Source of the DNA: a bacterium | GTDB lineage: Bacteria > UBA9089 > UBA9088 > JAGUXG01 | Reading direction: 5' to 3' | NCBI GenBank assembly: GCA_020061965.1 | Contig: JAGUXG010000211.1 | Coordinates: 1-38,159 of the forward strand | Length of the DNA stretch: 38,159 nucleotides | Part shown: positions 17,225 through 26,638 of the stretch, one piece after another | Position numbering within the stretch: position 1 is the first letter of the stretch | Layout: every line of letters begins with the position of its first letter | Translations under genes and position numbers: made by a program | Notes under the pieces: model-generated | Told to the model about the DNA's origin: nothing | The model's database searches: none | Seen by the model: the letters and a program-made list of their open reading frames with translations, nothing else

Positions 17225-17345
17225 ATCAGGTTTACAAAGAGAGCCTGAGGTTGTAAGTTTAGGATGTTGTAAGTTGTATGTTATTTGTTCTGCTTCTTCA
17301 ACCTACAACTTACAACCTACAACAAAAATTTTCGCTAGGCCTGTT
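17211..17345 (+). repeat. Dispersed ~135-nt intergenic element, copy A (heptamer-built inverted arms)
   Basis: The first 68 nt match 27620-27687 with one mismatch. The right end CTTCTTCAACC...CTACAACAAAnATTTTCGCTAGnCCTGTT is also shared. GTTGTAAGTTGTA and TACAACTTACAAC form a 13-bp stem. Confidence 0.85.
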
Positions 17346-17361
17346 GCTTTTGGGTATAAAA

Positions 17362-19536
17362 CTAAAACGATGGTCCTATGCTGAAATGGAATTGAGACTC
17401 TTCTTTTTCCTCCATAGGCCAGGCATAGTCAAACTGCAAGGGTCCAACAGGCGAGTTAAACCTTATCCCAAATCCATAGCCAGATTTCAGGTCCAATAGC
17501 TCTTCTTGCCCTCTCTTCCAAACTTGACCGCTGTCAAAGAATAGAGCAAAGGTCAATCCCTTTCCGAGTGGAAGCCTGTATTCAAGATTTCCCAGAAAGA
17601 ATGAGTCTCCACCACCTGATGAAGGATGAATAGACCTTTCATTATAGCCCCTGACTGTCCTTGCCCCACCTAGGTAAAACTTCTCATAATCTGGGATATT
17701 ATCTTCGCCTATCGGGTTTATAAACCCAAAGTTTGTATGAAGACAGATGATAAACTTCCAGAAACTCGGGTGATACCAGCTTGTCTCAAATATCGGCTTA
17801 TAAAAGTCAATATCGCCTCCAAGGATTCCACCTGCTGTCTCACAAGAAAGGGATAGCTTACCACCCCTTTCTGGCTCAAATATGTTTGGAGCCCTTGTGT
17901 CACGGCTGATACCTGTCTCAATCCCGCTTGTAGTGGCGTATCTATCCTCCCATTTTTTCTTCCAATCCTTTACATCAGCAGGTGCAGAATCTTCTATGTC
18001 AGTGAACCTGCTCTGGTCAAGCTTGTATTTTATATAGACGCGGTTGAATGTCCGTATTGGCTTTCCAAGAGAGATATAGCCACCCCTCTTACTCTCCTTA
18101 TAACTATCCCTTGAAAGCTCATTATTCCAGGCTCCAAGACCAAGAGAGATTGGCCTATCCAAAAACCAGGGGTCAGTGAAGCTCACCTCATAGTTCAATA
18201 TCTTCTTTCCAAAATCACTTTTGATGTTGGCAGAATAGCCTTTCCCAAAGAGATTGACCACATTCAACTGAACAGAGCCAGCCAGACCTGTCTGATTTGA
18301 GTAATTCACCCCAAATAGCCCTGTGCCACGCTTACCCTCCTCCACCTCTATCTTCACTACTTTCTTATTCTCATTTGAGCCAGAGAGGATAGAGAGATCA
18401 ACATTATCAAAGAAGCCTAAGAGTGCTAATTTATGTCTGCTCTTACTCACCTTGTCCCAGGAGAGAATCTCACCCTCTTTCATCAGAAGCTCCCTCATTA
18501 TAACCTTATCCTTTGTCCTCTTGTTGCCAACAATCTCAATCTTTTCTATATAAGATAATTCGCCTTCTTCTATGAAGAGAGAGTAGTCTATTGTCTTCTC
18601 TTTTATCTTGTAAGAAGGGATTGTAACCACCTGGGCAGAGATATAACCCTTTTCATAATAGAGATTGCCTATGGATCTAAAATCCCTATCCAAAAGCCCT
18701 TGGCTGAAAACAGAGCCTTCTTTTAGAGTCATCACCTTTCTAATCTCTGGCTCTGAAAAGAGGCTGTTTCCAGTTATATCTATCTTTCCAATCTTATATT
18801 TGCTCCCTTCAGAGATAGGAATCTCCACCATCAACCCCTTTTTCTTCTCATTAAATGATACTATTGGTTTCGCTATAACCACCTTAGCAAAGCCATCATT
18901 TAAGTAAAGGTCTGTAAGGGAGTCTATATCTGTTTCAAGCTCCTGTTGGATATAGGCATCACCTTTACTTGTTTTTATCTTTCCTCTTAAACGATGCGCG
19001 GATATGGATTTGTTGCCAGAAAACTTCACCTCCTTTATCTTACAGCCCTTTCCCTCATTTATTGTGAAGATAAGCTCTTCTCCTTTTATCTCGTAAGTTA
19101 TTGTGGCAAAATAAAAGCCTTCATTTCTGTAGAAGGTGGTGATAGATGCCTTTGCTTCTTCTACCTTCGGAATAAAGAGAGGGTCTCTCTCTTTTATTCC
19201 CAATGTTTTCTCAATATCATCACTTTTCTTCTCCTTTTGCCCGGAGAAGGAGATAGTTCCAATCAAAGGCACCTCATGGACAAGAAAAGAGAGGGTAATA
19301 GAGCCTTCTTTTTCTATAATTTCACAGGAGAGATCAGAGAATTCTTCCATTTTATAAATGGCTTTTATCCAATCAGCGGTCTTCTTTTGTAAAAACTCAT
19401 CCCCTTCTTTTACCCCTGCCATAGAAAGAATCTTCTCTTTCTCTATCCTCTTGTTCCCGCAAACCTCTACCCTTTCAATAATCCTTGGAAATCCCAAAGA
19501 TGCAAAAAAGATACTAAACAACAAACATTTTCTCAT
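17362..19536 (-). CDS. bamA: Outer membrane protein assembly factor BamA (POTRA repeats plus Omp85 barrel)
   Basis: Signal peptide, repeated POTRA-like modules, a C-terminal barrel with YLGGARTVRGY, and a terminal F. GGAGGA Shine-Dalgarno precedes ATG 19536. Confidence 0.9.
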   Translation of the reverse strand: MRKCLLFSIFFASLGFPRIIERVEVCGNKRIEKEKILSMAGVKEGDEFLQKKTADWIKAIYKMEEFSDLSCEIIEKEGSITLSFLVHEVPLIGTISFSGQKEKKSDDIEKTLGIKERDPLFIPKVEEAKASITTFYRNEGFYFATITYEIKGEELIFTINEGKGCKIKEVKFSGNKSISAHRLRGKIKTSKGDAYIQQELETDIDSLTDLYLNDGFAKVVIAKPIVSFNEKKKGLMVEIPISEGSKYKIGKIDITGNSLFSEPEIRKVMTLKEGSVFSQGLLDRDFRSIGNLYYEKGYISAQVVTIPSYKIKEKTIDYSLFIEEGELSYIEKIEIVGNKRTKDKVIMRELLMKEGEILSWDKVSKSRHKLALLGFFDNVDLSILSGSNENKKVVKIEVEEGKRGTGLFGVNYSNQTGLAGSVQLNVVNLFGKGYSANIKSDFGKKILNYEVSFTDPWFLDRPISLGLGAWNNELSRDSYKESKRGGYISLGKPIRTFNRVYIKYKLDQSRFTDIEDSAPADVKDWKKKWEDRYATTSGIETGISRDTRAPNIFEPERGGKLSLSCETAGGILGGDIDFYKPIFETSWYHPSFWKFIICLHTNFGFINPIGEDNIPDYEKFYLGGARTVRGYNERSIHPSSGGGDSFFLGNLEYRLPLGKGLTFALFFDSGQVWKRGQEELLDLKSGYGFGIRFNSPVGPLQFDYAWPMEEKEESQFHFSIGPSF

Positions 19537-19563
19537 TTTTCCTCCATTCATAATATTCGTGGT

Positions 19564-21225
19564 TTATTTTACTATTCCAATCTTGCCTACGGACTTTCCT
19601 CCACCTCCTCCTGTTACTACATAGACATAGACGCCTGAAGCAATCTTTCCTTCAGATATATTCCATTCTTGTGGAGATTTAGTCACAGGTATCTCCTTCA
19701 CCAATTCTCCTGCGATGTTATATATCTTAATAATAGCCCCATTGCTCATATTTGCAAAGTTGATTGTGTTACTCTTCTTGCAGGGGTTAGGATAAACCTT
19801 GACATGGTTGTTGTCTGGAGCAAAGGTGACTAATCCAAGTGGAACAACCCAGGTAAGATGGGTAAGGGTTCCGTAAATGATATTTTTGTCAGTATCAGGC
19901 CATGAGCTTGGGACGATATTCCAGGTGTTGCTTCCTGCGTTGTATGTGTAGAGTCTCAAGGTCGATTCGTCTATGCCGCCAAGATTAGCCTTCTTGTATG
20001 GAACCTCAACAAATATGACAAACCCTTCATGAAATTCTGTCCCTGATGTTCCGGTTATAGTAACATCTATGCAGACACCAATGGGTTTGGCAGGCTTTTC
20101 AACAGTAGTGAAGGTTGCAGAATCCCTGGCATCTTTAATTGTTATCACAAAACACTCGGTCAATGTGCCTGTTTCTATTGTGGCTATTGTTCCGTGTTCG
20201 TTTTCAACTATAACAGGGGTGTTTTTGTCAATGTAAATAAGAATCGTTCCTTTTCCTGTCCTTGTTCCTGATGTAACTGTAATGGTGTCAATCCCTGTAT
20301 TAAGGGATTTGGTTATAGTCAGGCTTCCTCTCCATTCTGCATTGATTATGCCTGTAGTATTAGTAGAGATAGTATTTGTCAGATCGGTGATAAGAGCTGT
20401 CCCATTATAGGTTGTTGGATTATTGTCTTTGTCATAAGGGATGATGGTCAGGGTAAAGGTGGCTTTTGTGGGGATAATGATATTATCAGGTGATGCCTCT
20501 ACCTTAAAATAATGAGCATATCCTGCGGCAACTGTGATTGCTTCTGTGGTATCGGTATGAACAGAGTCTGTGGCTGTGATTGTTCCTACTCCTACTCTGG
20601 TTGGATCAAATATGGTCATTGTGCTATAAGTTGGGTTGCAAGTGCCAATCCCTTCAAGGATTGTCCATGTGCCTGCTACATAGCCAATCAGGTTATTCTG
20701 ATTATCATAGCCTCTGAGATATAGAGTGAGGGTGCCATCTGTAGTGATGTTTACTGTTCCAATCTCAATACCTACTTGGTCCTCTATTCTTATCTTGGTG
20801 AGAGAACCTGTTGGGACACCAGAAAGCTCATTTGATCTATCTGACTCATTACCTGCCTTATCGTAAGCTGATATAACAATGTAATAACAAGTGCCATTGG
20901 TCAGACTATCAAGGGTAGAGCTGGTAGAAACAAAGACAGAGACCACTTGTGTATATGTCCCTGATTGTGTGCCATAATGAATCTTGTATCCAGCAAGGTT
21001 TGTGTCTGTGCCGGGTGTCCATGAGAGATTCAGTCTTCCATCTTGTGCTGGATTTTCAACTGATATCAAGGTTGGAATAGCAGGTTTTGTAGTATCAACT
21101 ATGATTGAAGTATCACTTCCTGTAACGGATTCTATATTGCCTGCAATATCCCCTGCCTTAGTGTAAAAGAACCATAAACCATCAGTATCGGTCCCAGGTA
21201 AGTTGCAGGTAAAGGTGCCTACCAT
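19564..21225 (-). pseudogene. C-terminal portion of a surface protein (FN3, Ig-like repeats, Por/FlgD-type C-terminal sorting domain) lacking its own signal peptide
   Basis: FN3 segment (LNLSWTPGTDTNLAGYKIHYG...AYDKAGNES). Ig-like repeats. C-terminal VKVYPNPC...IKIYNIAGELV...GVYVYV. The frame is open upstream to 21330 and overlaps the preceding ORF. Confidence 0.65.
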
Positions 21226-22148
21226 AATCGTTTCAGAGATTGAAAAAAATTGACAGATAAGATATACCCATGCCCCTCCTTGTTTAAAGGTGCAATTGCA
21301 TCGTGGTAAATCCTTATTATTCCCTGATATTCATAAGCACCCATATCAACGATGCAAACTATCCTTGGGTTGCCATCTTTGTCGGTTGATGTCCCGAAGA
21401 TTCCTGGAGCTGTGTTTAAGCCCTTGTCTATGCAGGGTGAGGTTGCCTGAAGATGATAATCACCCCCTCCGATGAATTGTGGGTTAGCAGATATACCGTG
21501 TGGCCCAGCAGAACAGTTGCAGTAATTATTCCCATTACCCCAGACATCATTGTAATCGATGGTTGGGAAGGAAGATTCGCAGTAGATGCCATACCCGTTA
21601 TTCCCTGATATAGTATTGTTGGTGATGGTTGGGAAGGAAGATTTGCAGTAGATGCCATCCCAGCTATTCCCTGATATGGTGTTGTTGGTGATGGTTGGGG
21701 AGGGAGATTCGCAGTAGATGCCACCCTCGTCATTCCCTGATATAGTATTATTGGTAATGGTAGGGCTGCCATTACTGCAAGTTATTCCAAAGCCACAATC
21801 ATCCGCCCCAGTAATAGTAAAATTTGATATTGAGGCATTATTGGTAGCTATGCCAATAAAGGTTACCGTATTTATATTATCAATCCCTTCTGCAGTAATT
21901 GTCGTAGAATCCCTTCCTGCACCAACTAAGGCAATCCCCTTATTGATATAAACCGCCTCTGTATAAATCCCGGCCGCAACCGAAACCGTCCCTCCCACAG
22001 GACACGCATCTACTCCTGTCTGAATAGTCTCATAACTCCCAATAAATCCTCCAGAGGCATTATAAACAGTAATTGTCCCTGCTGCCTCTGCTATTCCTGT
22101 TCCCATCACCATCCCCAAAACCATTCCATAAACAAATGCTTTCTTCAT
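21219..22148 (-). pseudogene. N-terminal portion of the same surface protein: signal peptide plus right-handed parallel beta-helix repeats
   Basis: Signal peptide MKKAFVYGMVLGMVMGTGIAEA. Three 22-aa repeats PTITNNTISGNxxxGIYCxSxx (66-nt DNA period) and DMGAYEYQG. The ORF ends just after a T7 run. Confidence 0.65.
21243..21249. repeat. A7/T7 homopolymer at the junction of the two surface-protein ORFs
   Basis: Read directly. One extra T on the coding strand converts ...SVNFFQSLKRLW* into ...SVNFFSISETIMVGTFTCNLPG..., which is the frame of the downstream ORF. Confidence 0.9.
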
Positions 22149-22164
22149 TTTAACCTCCTATTTT

Positions 22165-22527
22165 TTAAATTAAATTTAATCCAAGGGCATCTTTTAAGCA
22201 TTCGTTTACCTTTTGAATTCCTGCCTCAGAAAGCTTCCCAAGAACTTTGATGATCATTGACTTGTTTATGGTAAGCAATGATTCACATTTGATGACTGAA
22301 GGAACTTTTATTCCTGCTTTTAAGATTTCAGCTTCATCAATCAGATATTGGGTTGATTCTCTCTTCCTTGAGATATTAGATGTGCAAATAGCTATAATTA
22401 TATCATTGAGCCTCTCATTGTTTAGGTCTTTTGAGACGATTAGGCCAGGTCTTAGTTTGAGCTTTTTCAGCTCCTCTGAAGGCATTGGAACTTTGCAGAG
22501 AATAATATTACCCCTACCCAACTTCAT
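22165..22527 (-). CDS. mazF: MazF/PemK-family type II toxin (mRNA interferase)
   Basis: GNIILCKVP...RPGLIVS...IIIAICTS...SVIKCESLLTINKSMI follows the PemK fold pattern. Start chosen at the internal ATG 22527. Confidence 0.75.
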   Translation of the reverse strand: MKLGRGNIILCKVPMPSEELKKLKLRPGLIVSKDLNNERLNDIIIAICTSNISRKRESTQYLIDEAEILKAGIKVPSVIKCESLLTINKSMIIKVLGKLSEAGIQKVNECLKDALGLNLI

Positions 22528-22735
22528 CCTTAAACACCTCATCATAAATGTCGTTTTCAGGGCTTAGCCAGTCTTGATAAGCCTTTGAGCTCATCTGCAT
22601 CTTCCAAATATCTTTAGATTCTTCGCTGTCTCTTAAATAAGATGCAAAATCAATTACTGTCGCTAACTTGCTTTCTGGAAGGTGCCGGATTATCTCCAAA
22701 ACCTTCATCCTATCACCTTCAACTGCTACCTTCAT
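22514..22735 (-). CDS. Cognate antitoxin (DUF2281-like)
   Basis: 73 aa. The LPESKLATVIDFASYL motif is present. AAGGAGGTG Shine-Dalgarno lies 8 nt before ATG 22735. Overlaps the toxin start by 14 nt. TGGTATAAT extended -10 box upstream (reverse complement of 22766-22774). Confidence 0.6.
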   Translation of the reverse strand: MKVAVEGDRMKVLEIIRHLPESKLATVIDFASYLRDSEESKDIWKMQMSSKAYQDWLSPENDIYDEVFKDEVG

Positions 22736-22890
22736 AGCAAAACACCTCCTTAACCTTTTCTTATCATTATACCACAAATCAGTTTCTGAAACCTGCTATC
22801 TTTTTCTTATCAACTCTCTGCCCCAATCGAGACTGTCCCTCCAATTGAAAGGAAAATGGGAAATTCATTTCTTTTTCACCTAAACACATA

Positions 22891-25800
22891 CTAAAAACCA
22901 AACCTTCTTTTGACGCTCACCTCTATCTCTTTCATTATCTTTTCTGTCTCAGGCGTGTACAGACATTTCAGGTATGTCCTCCTTCCCATCAACCATTCAG
23001 CACCTATCTTATGCCTATACCTGTATCTTTCTTCTTCTCCTGCTTCAATCAGGCAATCATACAGGAGATAAAGCCTGTCTGTCAAATACTTTCCACAGAT
23101 AATCTCTGTACCAGAAAAAGCGTATTCATAGCCTTTGGAATCCTTGCTCAATGCCTTCTCAACAAAGGAAGAGCTTAGCTCAACATCCATACCGAGCGTA
23201 CCCCTTAAGACACTTGAGGCTTCCTTTGTTATCTTCTTTCCCATCAATCTTCCGAAGAATGTGGTCACAAGCCCTCTTATCCCGGCTGAACCCTTCTCTC
23301 CTGTCTGAAGAAGCTTTATCAATTCTTCCTGTGTCATTGGAGGAGACTCATCAGGGGCGCTGAGAAGAAGCTCTATTGGTAGATTCATTACTCCTTTGTG
23401 AGAAAGCAGGAGTCTTGTTCCATCTCTCTTTGCCTCTGCCTCTCCAAAAAGATACGGAAGGCCTTCCCGAAACTCTAAAGTAGCTTCTTTTATAGCAAAG
23501 CTCTGGCTAAGATAGTCAACATCACCTTTTTTTGCCCAGGAAGAGCCAGCAACCTCTATTCTTCCATCCCTTTTCTTCATCATAATCCAGCTTCCTTCAG
23601 CAAGCTCTATCTTCGCCCAGGGGTTATAGTATCTAACATTCTGTTTTGCAGAAAGCCTTATGCCTTGCAGGATGTTTTGAAGATATAAAGGCATCTCTTT
23701 CTCAGCCTTTGTTTCTGGTGGCCAGGTAAACTCTGTGTTGTAGAATGAAATCTCACCAGCTCCTATTGGAAGATCCCCTTCTCTTTTGACTGATACCTCA
23801 GCCTTTACCTCTCCGCTAACAAGACCTGGAATCTTTATAGCCATGGCATCGCCCTCTGTTCTGATTAAAAGCTCTTGTCTCTCTAATGAAAGCTCTTTTG
23901 AATAGGCAAAGATTTTGGTCTTGCCTGCGCTGGCAGAAAGATTAGAGAGCCTTGCCTTCCCATCTTCTATGGACAAAGAAGCGACAACATTTGATAAAAT
24001 CTCTGAGATTACAGGAACCTTGAGGGAATCTGCCCTTAGAGAAAGCCCTCCATTTATCTCAGGGTCATCAAGGTCTCCTTCTATCTTAAGCTCACCTTGT
24101 ATGTGACCAGAGCCTGAAAGATACGGCAGATTCTGTAAATGAAAAGGGAGCAGGCAAAGAGAGAGACTACCCACATTCTCCTCTGGATTGATAGACCCAG
24201 ATAGGATCAAAGCCTCCTCTGGAAGAAGAAGCCTGAGGTCAACAAGCCAATCCTTCTCCTCAATTCCTATCTTGCCCAAGATGCCTGCTTTTCTATGAAA
24301 ATGTGCAAACTCCCAACCTTTTTTTGGAATATAAGAGATAAGATTGGAAATGTCTGGGATCTTGTATCCGGAGATGGATGTATCAGAAAGATGAGTCTCT
24401 CCATTTAGGGATTCTTTGGTGGCTGATCCAGAAAAGGATAGATCAGAACTTAGCCAAAGTCCGAATATCTCAAAGTTGTCAAGATCTGCTTCTAATCTTA
24501 TCTCACCGCTATTTCCATCTATGATAAATTTTGAAAGGCTTATCGTTCCCAAATCTTTTCTAAACTGAAACCATTGAGTAGAAAACCTTTTATCGGTGAG
24601 ACTAAATTCTAATTCTCCTGCACCTGTCTCTATGGCCTCAAATAAGCTTGCTTCAGAAAGGGTGAGGCTTCCAGAAAAGGATGGATTTGCAAGGAGACCT
24701 TTGATTGTTGTTGTGCCACTTAACCTTCCCCGAATAGTTTCTGGTAGGGAAAAGAAGTTGATTATTCTGCCTAATTCTTCATTCTCAAATCTCATCTGGC
24801 CATTGATGCTCTTTTCTGCAATGCTATAGTCTGCGTCAAGAAAGATGTTGTGTAGCCTTGCCTTTCTCATGGTGAGTTTATCCCCTATCAGAGCAAAATC
24901 CAGCCTGAATTTTGGATTTTGGCAAGAAAGCTGACCGAAAATAGTAGGATTATCTATTTCTCCAACAACCCTTCCCTGAAAGTCTGCCAAGATTCCTTTC
25001 AGCCTATCAGATATATGGGAAAGGTCAAACAAGATGGCCAGAATCTCTATATTTACTCCATTGGTATCTATATTACCTGAACCATGAAGGGCGGTCTTTT
25101 TATCAACTATCACCTCTATCTTCTTAAAATTTATCCCTTTTTCTATAGAGAATTCTGTCTTCAGCTTCTCAAAAGGAATATTTCCAACGCTTCCAGAGCC
25201 AGATAAAAATCCAGTCTTTTCAAGGCAAGAAAGCTCTATCTCTGCATTCAGTCTCTTCCCCCTTATCATCCTATCTTTAACCTGAATGAAAGATTTGATA
25301 TTCCTCTTATTGTCTATCTCTCCCTTCAAATTTGTACCAGTCTCAAGCAAGAGCGCGAACCCTATCCTATCTTTCTTTGGAGCAATCTCTCCTTTTAGGC
25401 TTTCGGCTATACTAGTGTTTTCATAGAAAAGATTCTTTGCCTCTATAGATATAACCTCCTTCTTTCTCTCGACGATCGCCTCAAAGGATGTTCTCCCTGA
25501 AACAAATAGCTTATATCTTTCTCCTTGTTTGGTGAAGGCTATCTTCTCTCCTCTGTTTGGAAGTTCTATCTCACCAGAAAGAATTGGATTCTCCGGGCTT
25601 CCTGAGACTGTCACAGTCCCCTGTCCTATTTCTCCTTTTAGACCTGAATGAACTATGCCTAAATCTAATTTGTCAAAGATAGCTTTTATATCTATCTTGG
25701 GAAATATCTCTCCGCAGATACTGGCCGTTTGAATCCTGGCATTCTGTATCCTTAACTTGCCGGCCTTGTATAAAAAGTCTGAAGCAAAGGGAATGGTCTT

Positions 25801-26601
25801 CTTTTTATAGCAGACCTTACCATTTGTCTTGCCAGAGACAGAATCCTTAGAGATGTTGCCAGAGGAGGCTTTAAGGCTAAATCCAATATCCATTGATCTG
25901 AAAGATATATCTTTTGCATATACTGCTCCGTTTTTTTCTACAACAAACTCTCCAGAAAGAGACCGAAGAGTCTCAATCGCTCCATCTCTTACCTTTATCT
26001 TCGCTCTCCAGTTATTATCCCTGTAATTAACAGATATATCAGCCTGACCAGCCTTTTTCTTTGTAGGATAAGGTATATTTTTTACATCTGCCTTGATTAG
26101 AGACAGTCTCCAATCGCCCCTTTTTCCAGAAAGGAGTATCTTGCCGCTGAATGCTTCTCCTTTGAACTCAAACCTGTCTTTCTGCACAAAGCCTTGAATC
26201 TTTCTTGCCTCGCCAACATCCTCAAGGTTTATAACTCCATCTATGACGACTATTTTATACTGTGGGCTAAAGGCTTCTTGTTTAGATTCTGCATTCTTTT
26301 TGATAGAAATAACGGGCTTAGTCAGGATTACCTTCTTTGGGAACCCAGGCTTTAGCTCCCAACGGACAGTGATATTGTCTGTAGAGAGAAGGATGCCCTC
26401 CTTCTTCATCTTGAAGGAAAGAAGGAGAAGCTCATTAGGAAAGTTGTATTTTATAGAGGAGAAGTAGATATCTTCCTCTCCTTCTATCTCTCTATGAAGG
26501 ACAGACTTTATCTTCTTTTCTGTAAATTTTTTAGAAAAATCTTTCCAGGAGAAGGAGAAGACCAATGCTGGCAAGCAGAGGATTATAGCTATCCTTTGCA
26601 T
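22891..26601 (-). CDS. tamB: TamB/AsmA-like translocation and assembly module protein (DUF490 C-terminus)
   Basis: 1236 aa. N-terminal anchor, a long repetitive beta-rich body, and a conserved C-terminal region ending ...RRFGF. Confidence 0.75.
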   Translation of the reverse strand: MQRIAIILCLPALVFSFSWKDFSKKFTEKKIKSVLHREIEGEEDIYFSSIKYNFPNELLLLSFKMKKEGILLSTDNITVRWELKPGFPKKVILTKPVISIKKNAESKQEAFSPQYKIVVIDGVINLEDVGEARKIQGFVQKDRFEFKGEAFSGKILLSGKRGDWRLSLIKADVKNIPYPTKKKAGQADISVNYRDNNWRAKIKVRDGAIETLRSLSGEFVVEKNGAVYAKDISFRSMDIGFSLKASSGNISKDSVSGKTNGKVCYKKKTIPFASDFLYKAGKLRIQNARIQTASICGEIFPKIDIKAIFDKLDLGIVHSGLKGEIGQGTVTVSGSPENPILSGEIELPNRGEKIAFTKQGERYKLFVSGRTSFEAIVERKKEVISIEAKNLFYENTSIAESLKGEIAPKKDRIGFALLLETGTNLKGEIDNKRNIKSFIQVKDRMIRGKRLNAEIELSCLEKTGFLSGSGSVGNIPFEKLKTEFSIEKGINFKKIEVIVDKKTALHGSGNIDTNGVNIEILAILFDLSHISDRLKGILADFQGRVVGEIDNPTIFGQLSCQNPKFRLDFALIGDKLTMRKARLHNIFLDADYSIAEKSINGQMRFENEELGRIINFFSLPETIRGRLSGTTTIKGLLANPSFSGSLTLSEASLFEAIETGAGELEFSLTDKRFSTQWFQFRKDLGTISLSKFIIDGNSGEIRLEADLDNFEIFGLWLSSDLSFSGSATKESLNGETHLSDTSISGYKIPDISNLISYIPKKGWEFAHFHRKAGILGKIGIEEKDWLVDLRLLLPEEALILSGSINPEENVGSLSLCLLPFHLQNLPYLSGSGHIQGELKIEGDLDDPEINGGLSLRADSLKVPVISEILSNVVASLSIEDGKARLSNLSASAGKTKIFAYSKELSLERQELLIRTEGDAMAIKIPGLVSGEVKAEVSVKREGDLPIGAGEISFYNTEFTWPPETKAEKEMPLYLQNILQGIRLSAKQNVRYYNPWAKIELAEGSWIMMKKRDGRIEVAGSSWAKKGDVDYLSQSFAIKEATLEFREGLPYLFGEAEAKRDGTRLLLSHKGVMNLPIELLLSAPDESPPMTQEELIKLLQTGEKGSAGIRGLVTTFFGRLMGKKITKEASSVLRGTLGMDVELSSSFVEKALSKDSKGYEYAFSGTEIICGKYLTDRLYLLYDCLIEAGEEERYRYRHKIGAEWLMGRRTYLKCLYTPETEKIMKEIEVSVKRRFGF

Positions 26602-26638
26602 CTTAAAATAATAAGAATCTTATTTTGTTTGCAAGTCT

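Noticed and set aside
17278-17499. 73-aa plus-strand ORF
   Set aside because: It starts inside repeat element A and runs antisense into the bamA 3' end. Its N-terminus is merely a translation of the heptamer tract.
19564-19800. Assigning the organism to Bacteroidota or asserting a T9SS from the C-terminal sorting-like domain
   Set aside because: Por/FlgD-type C-terminal domains occur in several phyla. No T9SS component genes are in the window.
21428-21772. 114-aa minus-strand ORF in an alternative frame of the beta-helix gene
   Set aside because: It has the same strand as, and overlaps, the beta-helix ORF. It is kept open only by the 66-nt tandem repeats. The beta-helix frame has the signal peptide and the canonical repeat.
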